Source: Candidatus Aldehydirespiratoraceae bacterium
GTDB taxonomy: Bacteria; Actinomycetota; Acidimicrobiia; Acidimicrobiales; Aldehydirespiratoraceae
Assembly: GCA_965198315.1 (NCBI GenBank)
Contig: OZ240616.1
Span: 2,536,351 to 2,600,350, forward strand
DNA length: 64,000 bases
Direction: 5' to 3'
Shown here: in pieces, positions 1 through 8,271 of the stretch
How the letters are laid out: each line of letters begins with the position of its first letter
How positions within the stretch are numbered: the stretch's first letter is position 1
Notes under the pieces: model-generated
Databases searched by the model: none
Seen by the model: the letters and a program-made list of their open reading frames with translations, nothing else
What the model was told of the DNA's origin: nothing
Made by a program: the position numbers and the translations under genes

Positions 1-380
1 CCGCTGGGCTGGTTCTGTTGCCTCTTTTGCGTGATCCCACCAGCGACACCTATCCGTTTTCGACTTACCCGATGTTCGCCACGGACCGTGGCCAGATTCA
101 CAGCATTGCCACCGCAGTGGAACGAACCAACGACGACTTCGCGCGGCTGTCGCCCAAATTGATCGCAGGAACCGACGAAGCGGTGCTCGCCTCGGTGACC
201 GTCAAGCAAGCGGTACGGCTTGGTGAGGCAGAGATTCTCTGTGAGGAGATCCTTGAGCGACTTGGTCCCGGTCGCCAAGTTGAGGTGCGCACCGAGACGC
301 TCGATGTTGTGGAGCTCAGCGTGGAGGGTTCAACCGACTCCACGGTCACCGTGTACGCGACTTGCGGAGGTGAATCGTGA
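1..380 (+). CDS. Hypothetical protein, probably 5'-truncated by the window edge
   Basis: The frame is open from nt 3 with no upstream stop. The ORF track gives 18..380. The TGA stop overlaps the GTG start of the next gene (GTGA at 377-380). No family recognised. Confidence 0.4.
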   Translation, partial: AGLVLLPLLRDPTSDTYPFSTYPMFATDRGQIHSIATAVERTNDDFARLSPKLIAGTDEAVLASVTVKQAVRLGEAEILCEEILERLGPGRQVEVRTETLDVVELSVEGSTDSTVTVYATCGGES

Positions 381-1258
381 CGCAGCGATTGGCCATGTTG
401 CGTATTCTCGTCTTCGCGTACGCAGCGGTGTGGACGATAGTGCGAACGCCGCATCTGCTGGACACCATCGACTTGTCGTCGCGCCGCTTCGAAGCGATCG
501 GCCCACTGTGGTGGCTCAACGAGCCCGTACCAGCACTGGTGACAGTCGCAGCCGTCGTGGTCACGCCCATCGCCTGTGGTGCCGCCGCCTTGGGCTGGCG
601 ATATCGCTGGTCCTCGCTGGTCGGGGTAGCAGGCTTCCTTTTCCTCACCACCTACCGGAACTCTTGGGGTCAGATCTTCCACACCGAGAACCTGGTGGTG
701 CTGCATCTCTGTGTTTTGGCCCTGTTCCCGATGGCTTGCGCGTATTGGTCGATGGACAAGGTCGCGGTGCCGGCCGATCACGAAGAACTCGCGGGTTCGA
801 TCGTCAAGGCGTTATCGGTGCTTACGGTCGGCACCTATTTCTTGGCGGGTATCGCCAAGCTGAGAATCAGCGGTCTCGGCTGGATCGATGGCGACGTGTT
901 GCGTCATCAGATTGCTTTCGACAATGCCCGAAAGGAGCTGCTCGGCGATCCGACTGCACCATTCGGGGCGCTGATGTTGCGCAATTCGTGGACACTCGCA
1001 CCAGCGGCAATAGTTGCCATCGCGGTCGAATTGGCAGCGCCTGTGGCTCTCGTTGGCCGCAGAGCAGCGTGGGTGTGGGCCGGTTTGGCTGTGGCCTTTC
1101 ATCTGGTGATCCTCGCCGTGATGGCGATTGTCTTCCCGTACCACCTCATCGGCATTGCTCTGGCACCGTTGCTCCCGGTCGAACGCCTTGGCACTACCGT
1201 TGCAGCGTGGCATTGCCGATTCCGGAGACGCTCGACGCGATTACGGCCGACTGGCTGA
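377..1258 (+). CDS. Polytopic membrane protein, HTTM-like domain candidate
   Basis: 293 aa with several hydrophobic helices. The N-terminal LAMLRILVFAYAAVW resembles the start of HTTM (vitamin-K-carboxylase-type) domains. Start overlaps the upstream stop. Confidence 0.5.
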   Translation: MTQRLAMLRILVFAYAAVWTIVRTPHLLDTIDLSSRRFEAIGPLWWLNEPVPALVTVAAVVVTPIACGAAALGWRYRWSSLVGVAGFLFLTTYRNSWGQIFHTENLVVLHLCVLALFPMACAYWSMDKVAVPADHEELAGSIVKALSVLTVGTYFLAGIAKLRISGLGWIDGDVLRHQIAFDNARKELLGDPTAPFGALMLRNSWTLAPAAIVAIAVELAAPVALVGRRAAWVWAGLAVAFHLVILAVMAIVFPYHLIGIALAPLLPVERLGTTVAAWHCRFRRRSTRLRPTG

Positions 1259-2391
1259 CCCTGGCTTTGCGCCGGCGCCAGGTCATCTCTGAAGAGACCA
1301 CGGTGCTCAGCCGCACAATCGAAGTTCTTGGTGTCGGTGAAGGATTCGCCGCCGAACTGGCGCGGATTCACCTCACCTATGAACTCGGTTCTGGTCCGGC
1401 GACGGTTATCGCCAAGATCCCCACTTCGGTAGAGGACAACCGCAACGGATCAGAGATGCTCGGCGTGTACGAGCGGGAACTACGGGTCTACGAACAGATC
1501 CTCCCCGAGATCGACGTGTTGGCCCCGCGCCTCTATTACGGCGACATCGAAGTCAATCCGGATGCGGCGCGGCAGTTGGAGCGGATTCGCAGAATGGAGC
1601 GCCTGCCCATCTGGTTGCTGCGCCTGATCATGTTGCTGCTGATCCGCTTTGCGAAACCTAAGACCTTTCCGAGCATCTTGCTTCTCGAGGATCTGGCCCC
1701 TGCTGTGATCGGCGATCAGGTTCAGGGGTGTGACGTTGAGCGGGCAGGCGAAGCGCTTGAGGCCGTCGCTCGATTGCATGCCGCGACTTGGCAGGATCGG
1801 CGTCCAGCAGAGCGCTATTGGCTGGTTTCATCAGCGATTGCACCCCGCCTCTTCCATGCGGGATCTCTTAGTGCTCGACGAGGGTTCCTGAAGAACTACG
1901 GGCAGTACCTCAGCGATCACACTCGTGAACTGTACGAAACGACCCGCAAAGACAATATTGATCGGACGATTCGGTTACACAGCGACGTTCCCCAATGCAT
2001 GCTCCACGGTGATTTTCGGCTCGACAATATGTTCTTCGCTGCCGGCGGAGGGTTACGCGCTCTGATCGACTGGCAGTTGTCGAGCTTTGGTCCGGCGGTG
2101 TCCGATATTGCTTACTTCATCTGTGGCTCGATCGACCCCGATGTCCCGGAAAGTGAAATCGACGCCCTCTTGGCTCGATACCACAAAGCGCTGGTTTTTG
2201 CTGGCGTCACGGACTACCCACTTGATGATCTGACAGCACACTATGTCGACGTTTTGGTGGTGCTGCTAGCTCGCATGGCTTCAGTTGACTTGCTCGACCT
2301 TGGAGAACAGGACGGACGGGGCGCAGACTTGGTGTCAGTATGGATAAAGCGACTCGATGCCCGGATGGCACGGGTGAGTTCGGGAAGGTAG
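1207..2391 (+). CDS. Phosphotransferase family protein (APH / ecdysteroid-kinase-like fold)
   Basis: This is the C-terminal part of the 723-aa ORF. Motifs: LLLEDLAP, catalytic HGDFRLDNMFF, and IDWQ (Mg-binding D). A GTG at 1207 is in frame. The start is uncertain and overlaps the previous gene by about 50 nt. Confidence 0.75.
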   Translation: MALPIPETLDAITADWLTLALRRRQVISEETTVLSRTIEVLGVGEGFAAELARIHLTYELGSGPATVIAKIPTSVEDNRNGSEMLGVYERELRVYEQILPEIDVLAPRLYYGDIEVNPDAARQLERIRRMERLPIWLLRLIMLLLIRFAKPKTFPSILLLEDLAPAVIGDQVQGCDVERAGEALEAVARLHAATWQDRRPAERYWLVSSAIAPRLFHAGSLSARRGFLKNYGQYLSDHTRELYETTRKDNIDRTIRLHSDVPQCMLHGDFRLDNMFFAAGGGLRALIDWQLSSFGPAVSDIAYFICGSIDPDVPESEIDALLARYHKALVFAGVTDYPLDDLTAHYVDVLVVLLARMASVDLLDLGEQDGRGADLVSVWIKRLDARMARVSSGR

Positions 2392-2393
2392 CG

Positions 2394-3329
2394 ATGGCGT
2401 CAGACGGTGCAGCATCAGGCGGTGCAGGGGTATCGGAGATCTTTGACTCCGAGGCGTGGAGTTTGGTGGCGGGTTTTGAGACTCTGACCGATCTCACCTA
2501 TCACCGTGCCAAGACACAGGGCACGGTGAGGATCGCTTTCAACCGCCCTGAAGTGCGCAATGCCTTTCGGCCTCACACCGTTGATGAGTTGTATCGCTGT
2601 CTCGATCACGCTCGCATGTCGACTGACGTCGGCTGTGTTCTTCTCACAGGCAACGGTCCTTCACCCAAAGACGGCGGTTGGGCCTTCTGTTCGGGAGGTG
2701 ATCAGCGGATTCGTGGCAAATCCGGCTACCAGTACGCCACGGGTGAAACGGCCGACACAGTCGACGCATCACAAGCGGGGCGATTGCACATTCTCGAGGT
2801 CCAACGACTGATCCGGACGATGCCGAAGATTGTGATCGCGGTTGTGTCCGGATGGGCCGTCGGCGGAGGCCATAGCTTGCATGTCACCTCGGATCTCACC
2901 GTCGCCAGCGAAGAATTCGCCATCTTCAAACAAACTGACACCGATGTGGCCAGCTTCGACGGTGGCTTCGGTTCTGCGTATCTGGCTCGTCAGGTCGGCC
3001 AGAAACGGGCTCGTGAAATATTTTTTCTGGGACGCAACTATTCGGCTCAGCAAGCTTTTGAGATGGGGATGGTCAATGCGGTTGTTCCCCACGACCGCCT
3101 GGAAGTGGTTGCACTCGAGTGGGGGGCGGAGATCAACTCAAAGAGTCCCACGGGCCAGCGAATGGCCAAGTTCGCCATGAATTTGATCGATGACGGGCTC
3201 GTTGGTCAGCAAGTGTTCGCCGGCGAGGCAACTCGACTTGCTTACATGACCGACGAGGCCGTGGAGGGACGCGACGCTTTCCTTGAGAAACGAGACCCCG
3301 ATTGGTCAAGCTTCCCCTGGTATTTCTGA
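2394..3329 (+). CDS. menB: 1,4-dihydroxy-2-naphthoyl-CoA synthase
   Basis: Crotonase fold with MenB-typical strings: RIAFNRPEVRNAF, FCSGGDQR, GWAVGGGHSLHV, EGRDAFLEKRDPDWSSFPWYF. The ATG at 2394 lies directly after the upstream TAG (2389-2391). Confidence 0.9.
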   Translation: MASDGAASGGAGVSEIFDSEAWSLVAGFETLTDLTYHRAKTQGTVRIAFNRPEVRNAFRPHTVDELYRCLDHARMSTDVGCVLLTGNGPSPKDGGWAFCSGGDQRIRGKSGYQYATGETADTVDASQAGRLHILEVQRLIRTMPKIVIAVVSGWAVGGGHSLHVTSDLTVASEEFAIFKQTDTDVASFDGGFGSAYLARQVGQKRAREIFFLGRNYSAQQAFEMGMVNAVVPHDRLEVVALEWGAEINSKSPTGQRMAKFAMNLIDDGLVGQQVFAGEATRLAYMTDEAVEGRDAFLEKRDPDWSSFPWYF

Positions 3330-3330
3330 C

Positions 3331-4002
3331 TCACAGGTTTGGAATACGCCAGTCAACCGGTTCACGTCCGGCTTCGATGAGCGCCGTGTTGGCCCTGCTG
3401 AACGGTCTTGTTCCAAAAAAGCCGTTGTGCGCGGAGAGGGGCGAGGGATGGACAGACTCGACGATGACGTGCTTGCCAGAGTCAATCAATGACCGCTTTT
3501 TTCGGGCGGCGGCTCCCCAGAGAATGAAAACGACTCTTTGTTCTTTGGCATCCACACAGCGAATCACCTCGTCGGTGAATGTCTCCCAACCGTGGCGTTG
3601 GTGGCTGGCGGCTCGATGAGCTCGCACAGTGAGGGTGGTGTTGAGCAGCAGCACTCCGTTGCGAGCCCAAGTTTCGAGGTTGCCGTGGTTGGGAGGTTCG
3701 ATCCCGAGATCTTGCTCCAGCTCTGCGAAAATATTGACTAGAGACGGGGGTACCTGCACGCCATGACTCACCGAAAAGCAGAGCCCATGGGCTTGGCGCG
3801 GACCGTGGTAGGGATCCTGGCCGAGAATCAGAACTTTCACTTGAGCCAAGGGAGTCAAGTGAAGTGCCGCGAACACCTCTTCATGGGGTGGATAGACCTC
3901 ACCAGTCATGCGCTCTTGGCGCACGTAGGCCATGAGTTCGCGCCAGTAGGGCTTGTCGAACTCTTTACGGAGTACCGGATTCCAATCCGTGGTAGGTGCC
4001 AT
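3331..4002 (-). CDS. ung: Uracil-DNA glycosylase, family 1
   Basis: Motifs: GQDPYHGPRQAHGLCFSV, LLLNTTLTV, HPSPLSA. 223 aa. Confidence 0.9.
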   Translation of the reverse strand: MAPTTDWNPVLRKEFDKPYWRELMAYVRQERMTGEVYPPHEEVFAALHLTPLAQVKVLILGQDPYHGPRQAHGLCFSVSHGVQVPPSLVNIFAELEQDLGIEPPNHGNLETWARNGVLLLNTTLTVRAHRAASHQRHGWETFTDEVIRCVDAKEQRVVFILWGAAARKKRSLIDSGKHVIVESVHPSPLSAHNGFFGTRPFSRANTALIEAGREPVDWRIPNL

Positions 4003-4028
4003 GCCCCAACGTCGCTAGACGCTTCGCC

Positions 4029-5009
4029 TCAGAAGGGCCGGGTGCCGATCACAGAAGCGCGCTCCATCACCCGAATGTCGGGGTAATAATCACTCGACGC
4101 GTAATGCTGCACCGCGGCATTGTCCCAAAACACAACCGTGTCAGGTTCCCAGCTCAAGCGGAATTGGTATTCCACTGTCTTGGCTTGGTCTGAAAGGTGT
4201 TTGATTAACTTCACGCTCTCAACCTCGTCAAAACCTTCAATGTGTGAGGTGAAATAGGTGTTGACGTAAATCAGCTTGCGTCCCGTTACCGGGTGGGTTC
4301 GCACGACTGGATGACGTACCAAAGGATAACGCTCGCGCATTTCTTCCTGTTGGCCCTCTGGCACCTGGCTCGCGAAGGCGAGCATGTAGTCATGGATCGC
4401 GTAGAGGTCGTCGATCCGTTCCTTGGTCTCGTCATCCAACCCGTCGTAGGCCGCGCCCATGTCGGCAAAGAGGGTGTCGCCACCAGTGGCGGGAACTTCG
4501 ATGGCGTGCAGAATCGCTCCCATCGAAGGAATCTGACGCCAAGTCACATCATGGTGCCAACCGTTTTCAAACCCCCCGGTGTCAGCACCTTTCTCGAAGC
4601 GCACTAGTTCCGGGTGTTGCTCGTTACCAGTGATGAAGGGATGGATCTCCAATTCTCCGAAACGTCGGGCGAACGCCACATGTTGCGCGGAAGTGAGTGG
4701 CTGGTCGCGAAAGAAAATGACCTTGTAGTCGGTCAACGCCTGGGCCACTTCAGCGATTGTCGAATCTGGCAACTCAGATGAAATATCGATGCCGCGAATC
4801 TCCGCGCCGAGCGTCACACCGCAGGGTATGGCCTCAATATAGTTGAACTGTGGGCTGGCGAGACGTTGACGTTCCGATGCGAGGTGCAGGAACGGTCCGA
4901 GCGTCACATCGAAACGTTCGATGCGAACCCGGCCCGGTGTGACGTTGCCGGCAGGATCACTGGTTCCAGCTTCGACTTCAACTTCGGTAACGGCCATCGG
5001 GATCCTCAC
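4029..5009 (-). CDS. TauD/TfdA-family Fe(II)/2-oxoglutarate dioxygenase
   Basis: WHHDVTW (HxD iron ligands), GGDTLFADM, and VVFWDNAAVQH near the C-terminus. The start may be the internal M at 4997. Confidence 0.85.
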   Translation of the reverse strand: MRIPMAVTEVEVEAGTSDPAGNVTPGRVRIERFDVTLGPFLHLASERQRLASPQFNYIEAIPCGVTLGAEIRGIDISSELPDSTIAEVAQALTDYKVIFFRDQPLTSAQHVAFARRFGELEIHPFITGNEQHPELVRFEKGADTGGFENGWHHDVTWRQIPSMGAILHAIEVPATGGDTLFADMGAAYDGLDDETKERIDDLYAIHDYMLAFASQVPEGQQEEMRERYPLVRHPVVRTHPVTGRKLIYVNTYFTSHIEGFDEVESVKLIKHLSDQAKTVEYQFRLSWEPDTVVFWDNAAVQHYASSDYYPDIRVMERASVIGTRPF

Positions 5010-5109
5010 TGCGCTGCGGTCGTCGGTCTCGTGAGTTTAGGGCGCATCGTCGGGCGATCACGAGTTTTGCGGTCGGGAGATCCCGCATCGACTGGTAAGT
5101 CCGGAAGCA

Positions 5110-6357
5110 CTAGGTCCAGAGATCGGCGATGGGTAGAGCGATCAGGCTGTCGCCGAGTTGGATGCGTCGGTCGCCGGTGTGGAAGACGATTCCGACAACG
5201 AAATCCGTTCCGACCTCGTCAAGTCGTTCACGAAGAACAGCCATCGACCTGGCATCGGCGGGTCGGGCGACCGTGGAGGCCTTCACTTCCACTGCGATCA
5301 CATGTCCGTCCGCTGACTCGATGACGGCATCGATCTCGAGTCCGTCGCGGTCGCGAAAGTGGTGGAGTCGTGCGGAGGTCTCGGACCAAGTGAGCTGTTT
5401 CGCGAGTTCCGCGATCACGAACGACTCGATCAGCGGTCCGAGCGAAGAGTCGTTTAGTCGAGCCAGTGCGGTGGGAGTCTTGCCGATGATCGCAGCGCTG
5501 AGTCCTGTGTCGCAGGCATAGAGCTTCGGGCGATGCACGATCTTGGTCGTGACATTGCGACTCCACGCTGGAACACGGTGAACGACGAAAGTCGTCTCTA
5601 TCCAAGGCTCGTAGACTTGGGCGGTTGATCGGTCGATACCGACACGGTCGGCGAGACGCGAGAGGATTAGTTCCGAACCGCTCGTCGCAAGCAGCAGTCT
5701 GGCCATAGCGAGCAACGCGTCGAATCGGCGGAGGTCGGTGGCCGTTTCAACCTCCCGCCGTAGAACGGTCTCCAAGTAGCGCTCGAACCAGCGACGGCGT
5801 ATGCTCCTGTCGAAGCTCTGGACTTCGGGGTATCCGCCCTGGCAGACGAACTCGAGGTACTCGCCTCGGCCAGGTGTTGCGCCCCGATGCTGGATCAAGC
5901 CTGACGGATCGCGAAAGGCGCGGTCTATGAGGTCATCGGGCCCGTCGTGGCGTTCGCCCATCGACAATGGCCACAGGGTGATGAGGTCGATCCGTCCGGC
6001 GAGACTCTCGGTGAGATTGGGCGATGTCAGGAAGTTCGTGGATCCGGTGATTATGTACTGCCCCGGTGAGCGCGACTGGTCGAGACGTTGCTTGATGGCC
6101 AGGATCAACCGGTCGCCACCGCGTTGGATCTCGTCGATGACTGCCGGAGTCCCCAGCGTGTCGAGGAACAAGGAGGGGTCGTCGAGCGCGGCCGAAAGAT
6201 CATCTTCGCGATCCAACGTCACCAAGGGCGCAGACAACTGGTTCGCCAGCAACCCGGCGAGAGTACTTTTGCCCACTTGGCGGGCACCTTGGAGCACTAC
6301 GGCGCGGAACGCCGAATGCGAGTCCGCGGTGGACTTGAGACTGCGTCGCGGGATCAA
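5110..6357 (-). CDS. AAA-type ATP-binding protein with DUF4143-like C-terminal region
   Basis: Walker A GARQVGKST and IDEIQ (Walker B-like). 415 aa, the typical architecture of orphan 'ATP-binding protein' (AAA_14 + DUF4143) genes. Confidence 0.75.
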   Translation of the reverse strand: MIPRRSLKSTADSHSAFRAVVLQGARQVGKSTLAGLLANQLSAPLVTLDREDDLSAALDDPSLFLDTLGTPAVIDEIQRGGDRLILAIKQRLDQSRSPGQYIITGSTNFLTSPNLTESLAGRIDLITLWPLSMGERHDGPDDLIDRAFRDPSGLIQHRGATPGRGEYLEFVCQGGYPEVQSFDRSIRRRWFERYLETVLRREVETATDLRRFDALLAMARLLLATSGSELILSRLADRVGIDRSTAQVYEPWIETTFVVHRVPAWSRNVTTKIVHRPKLYACDTGLSAAIIGKTPTALARLNDSSLGPLIESFVIAELAKQLTWSETSARLHHFRDRDGLEIDAVIESADGHVIAVEVKASTVARPADARSMAVLRERLDEVGTDFVVGIVFHTGDRRIQLGDSLIALPIADLWT

Positions 6358-6523
6358 CTGGTTCTCGTCGATGCCTGAAGCCTAGCTCGTAACCAACAAT
6401 TTGTCGATCTCGATTCCAGCATTTTGTCGTAAGATCTTGTTCTGCCAGGGCCTCCTTCAGATTTCGGTGTTCCAACATCCAGATTCTGGAGCCCCCAACC
6501 ATCTCGCCGCGGACCCACTCCCG

Positions 6524-6557
6524 GCTTCAATCCGAAGAGCCGCTTAATCCGAAGAGC
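6524..6557. repeat. Short tandem direct repeat (gcttCaatccgaagagc / gctt-aatccgaagagc) in the ATPase-reductase intergenic region
   Basis: Read directly. Two 16-17 nt units are 1 nt apart, and the 12-nt core aatccgaagagc is identical (6529-6540, 6546-6557). Confidence 0.6.
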
Positions 6558-6675
6558 TTGGCCCCTCCTGTTCCCGTCACGGCGAACGAGACCGAGACGG
6601 GTATACGAAACCACAGTGCCAACTACACCCAGAGTATGTGCAACGGTCGGGTGGCTAACTCACAAGCGCGTAGCT

Positions 6676-7210
6676 GCTGTAGCGTCGGGGGGTGGGCAAC
6701 AAGGCGCGTGACGTGGTTGTTATCGGAGCTGGGCCGGCTGGAGCGGCCGCGGCGATACAGGCCGCTCGGGGTGGAGCCTCAGTAACTGTCTTCGAGAAGG
6801 CCTCGGCGGGTCGCGACAAGGTGTGTGGAGATGGACTAACGCCGCGAGCGGTACACGCCCTCAACCAACTTGATATCGACATGAGCGACGCCCATCGCAT
6901 AGACGGCCTGCGGATGATCGCCAACAAGTCTGGTGGCAAAGTCACCTGAGTCCAACCGCTGTAGCGTCGGGGGGTGGGCAACAAGGCGCGTGACGTGGTT
7001 GTGATCGGGGCTGGGCCTGCCGGGGCGGCAGCGGCGATCCAGGCCGCAAGAGGTGGGGCCTCAGTAACAGTTTTTGAGAAAGCACCACCAGGCCGCGACA
7101 AGGTGTGTGGAGATGGACTAACGCCGCGCGCCGTTCATGCCCTCAACCAACTCAATATCGATATGAGCGATGCCCATCGCATTGACGGTCTGCGGATGAT
7201 CGCTAACAAG
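6676..7210 (+). repeat. Tandem 282-bp-period duplication covering the RBS and first 79 codons of the geranylgeranyl-reductase-family gene
   Basis: Copy 1 is 6676-6928 and copy 2 is 6958-7210. The first 45 nt are identical. By hand alignment there are then about 32 mismatches over the 253-nt copy length. Confidence 0.9.
6692..6949 (+). pseudogene. Truncated N-terminal fragment (85 codons) of a geranylgeranyl-reductase-family flavoprotein
   Basis: The translation MGNKARDVVVIGAGPAGAAAAIQAARGG... matches the first 79 aa of the 408-aa gene downstream except at 3 residues. It then runs into 6 unrelated codons and a TGA. Confidence 0.7.
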
Positions 7211-8200
7211 ACCCGCCGTGAACTTCCGTGGCCCGCCAATGGGTCGTTCGCTCCTAATGGCGCGGTGTGGCCTCGCCGGCTTCTTGACGCCCACCTGATG
7301 GCCGCCGCCGCAGAAGCGGGCGCTGAGATCATCTGGAATACCGAGGCCACGCCGATCCTTCAAGATGATGGCCGCGTGATCGGGGTGACCACCGGTTCGG
7401 ACAAATGGCACGCTGGACTAACGGTGGTTGCAACTGGCGCACCCGGCAATGTCGCGCGGATGCTTGGTGCAGGGCGAGTAGAGAACGAACCGCATGGACT
7501 GGCCATCCGAAGTTACGCGGCCTCTCCCCGCCATGCCGAAAGGCACCTCGAAGCTTGCCTGACCCTGCGCGATCCTGACGGCATACCGATCCCGGGGTAC
7601 GGATGGATGTTTCCGGCGGGAGACGGCACTGTCAATATCGGAGTAGGCGCTTTGTCGACGATGAAGGGCTACAAGAAGCTCAACTTGAATCGTCTGATTG
7701 ACTCCTACCGTGACCTGATCCGCGATGAGTGGGAACTCGGTGAATACCTTGAGCGGCCGAGGGCATGGAGGTTGCCGATGAGCGCGCAACGCCGTCATGG
7801 CGATGGCTGGCTGGCGATCGGCGATGCCGCTGGCCTCATCAATCCGATGAATGGCGAAGGCATCGACTACGGGCTTGAGTCGGGGGTTCTGGCCGCGGAT
7901 TTGTTTCTCGCCGATCCTTCTAGTGCTCCGGCGAATTACGACCGGCTCGTTGGCGAACGCTTTGATGCTTTCTTGCGAACCGGTCGGCGCTTCAGTTTCT
8001 TGATCGGTCACCCCTTGATATTGCGGTCCGGCCTGCGCTTGGCCGTGGGAACCCAAACAATCACCAACATCACCTTGCAGGTAATGGGGAATCTGCTTGA
8101 TGCCGATGCTCCGGGCGCGGCCGGCAGAGTTCTGCGCATTGCCGATCGCGCTCTGGCCTTGGCCGACCCCCTCCTCCGCAAAACCCGCGCCCCAGCCTAA
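6974..8200 (+). CDS. Geranylgeranyl reductase family FAD-dependent oxidoreductase
   Basis: GxGxxG dinucleotide fold VVVIGAGPAGAAAA, KVCGDGLTPRA, and GDAAGLINPMNGEGI (the family's C-terminal FAD motif). GTG start. Confidence 0.85.
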   Translation: MGNKARDVVVIGAGPAGAAAAIQAARGGASVTVFEKAPPGRDKVCGDGLTPRAVHALNQLNIDMSDAHRIDGLRMIANKTRRELPWPANGSFAPNGAVWPRRLLDAHLMAAAAEAGAEIIWNTEATPILQDDGRVIGVTTGSDKWHAGLTVVATGAPGNVARMLGAGRVENEPHGLAIRSYAASPRHAERHLEACLTLRDPDGIPIPGYGWMFPAGDGTVNIGVGALSTMKGYKKLNLNRLIDSYRDLIRDEWELGEYLERPRAWRLPMSAQRRHGDGWLAIGDAAGLINPMNGEGIDYGLESGVLAADLFLADPSSAPANYDRLVGERFDAFLRTGRRFSFLIGHPLILRSGLRLAVGTQTITNITLQVMGNLLDADAPGAAGRVLRIADRALALADPLLRKTRAPA

Positions 8201-8271
8201 TCCGACAGACCGCGCAGATGCCCGCGGTTCCGGCGATACACAGTTCTGCCTGCCCGGCGTATGCTGAATAG

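Noticed and set aside
220-1206. N-terminal two-thirds of the 723-aa ORF 220..2391, which looks like a very large gene
   Set aside because: It overlaps two better-supported genes in other frames (1..380, 377..1258). Its translation is Arg/Ser/Pro-rich with no motif. Only the part from about 1207 onward is kinase-like. This is a typical high-GC open-frame artefact.
5028-5068. Hairpin CTCGTGA-N23-TCACGAG followed by TTTT, a possible terminator
   Set aside because: The T-run is on the plus strand, where no gene ends. For the minus-strand ATPase gene the U-tract would be on the wrong side. The loop is also very large. Not annotated.
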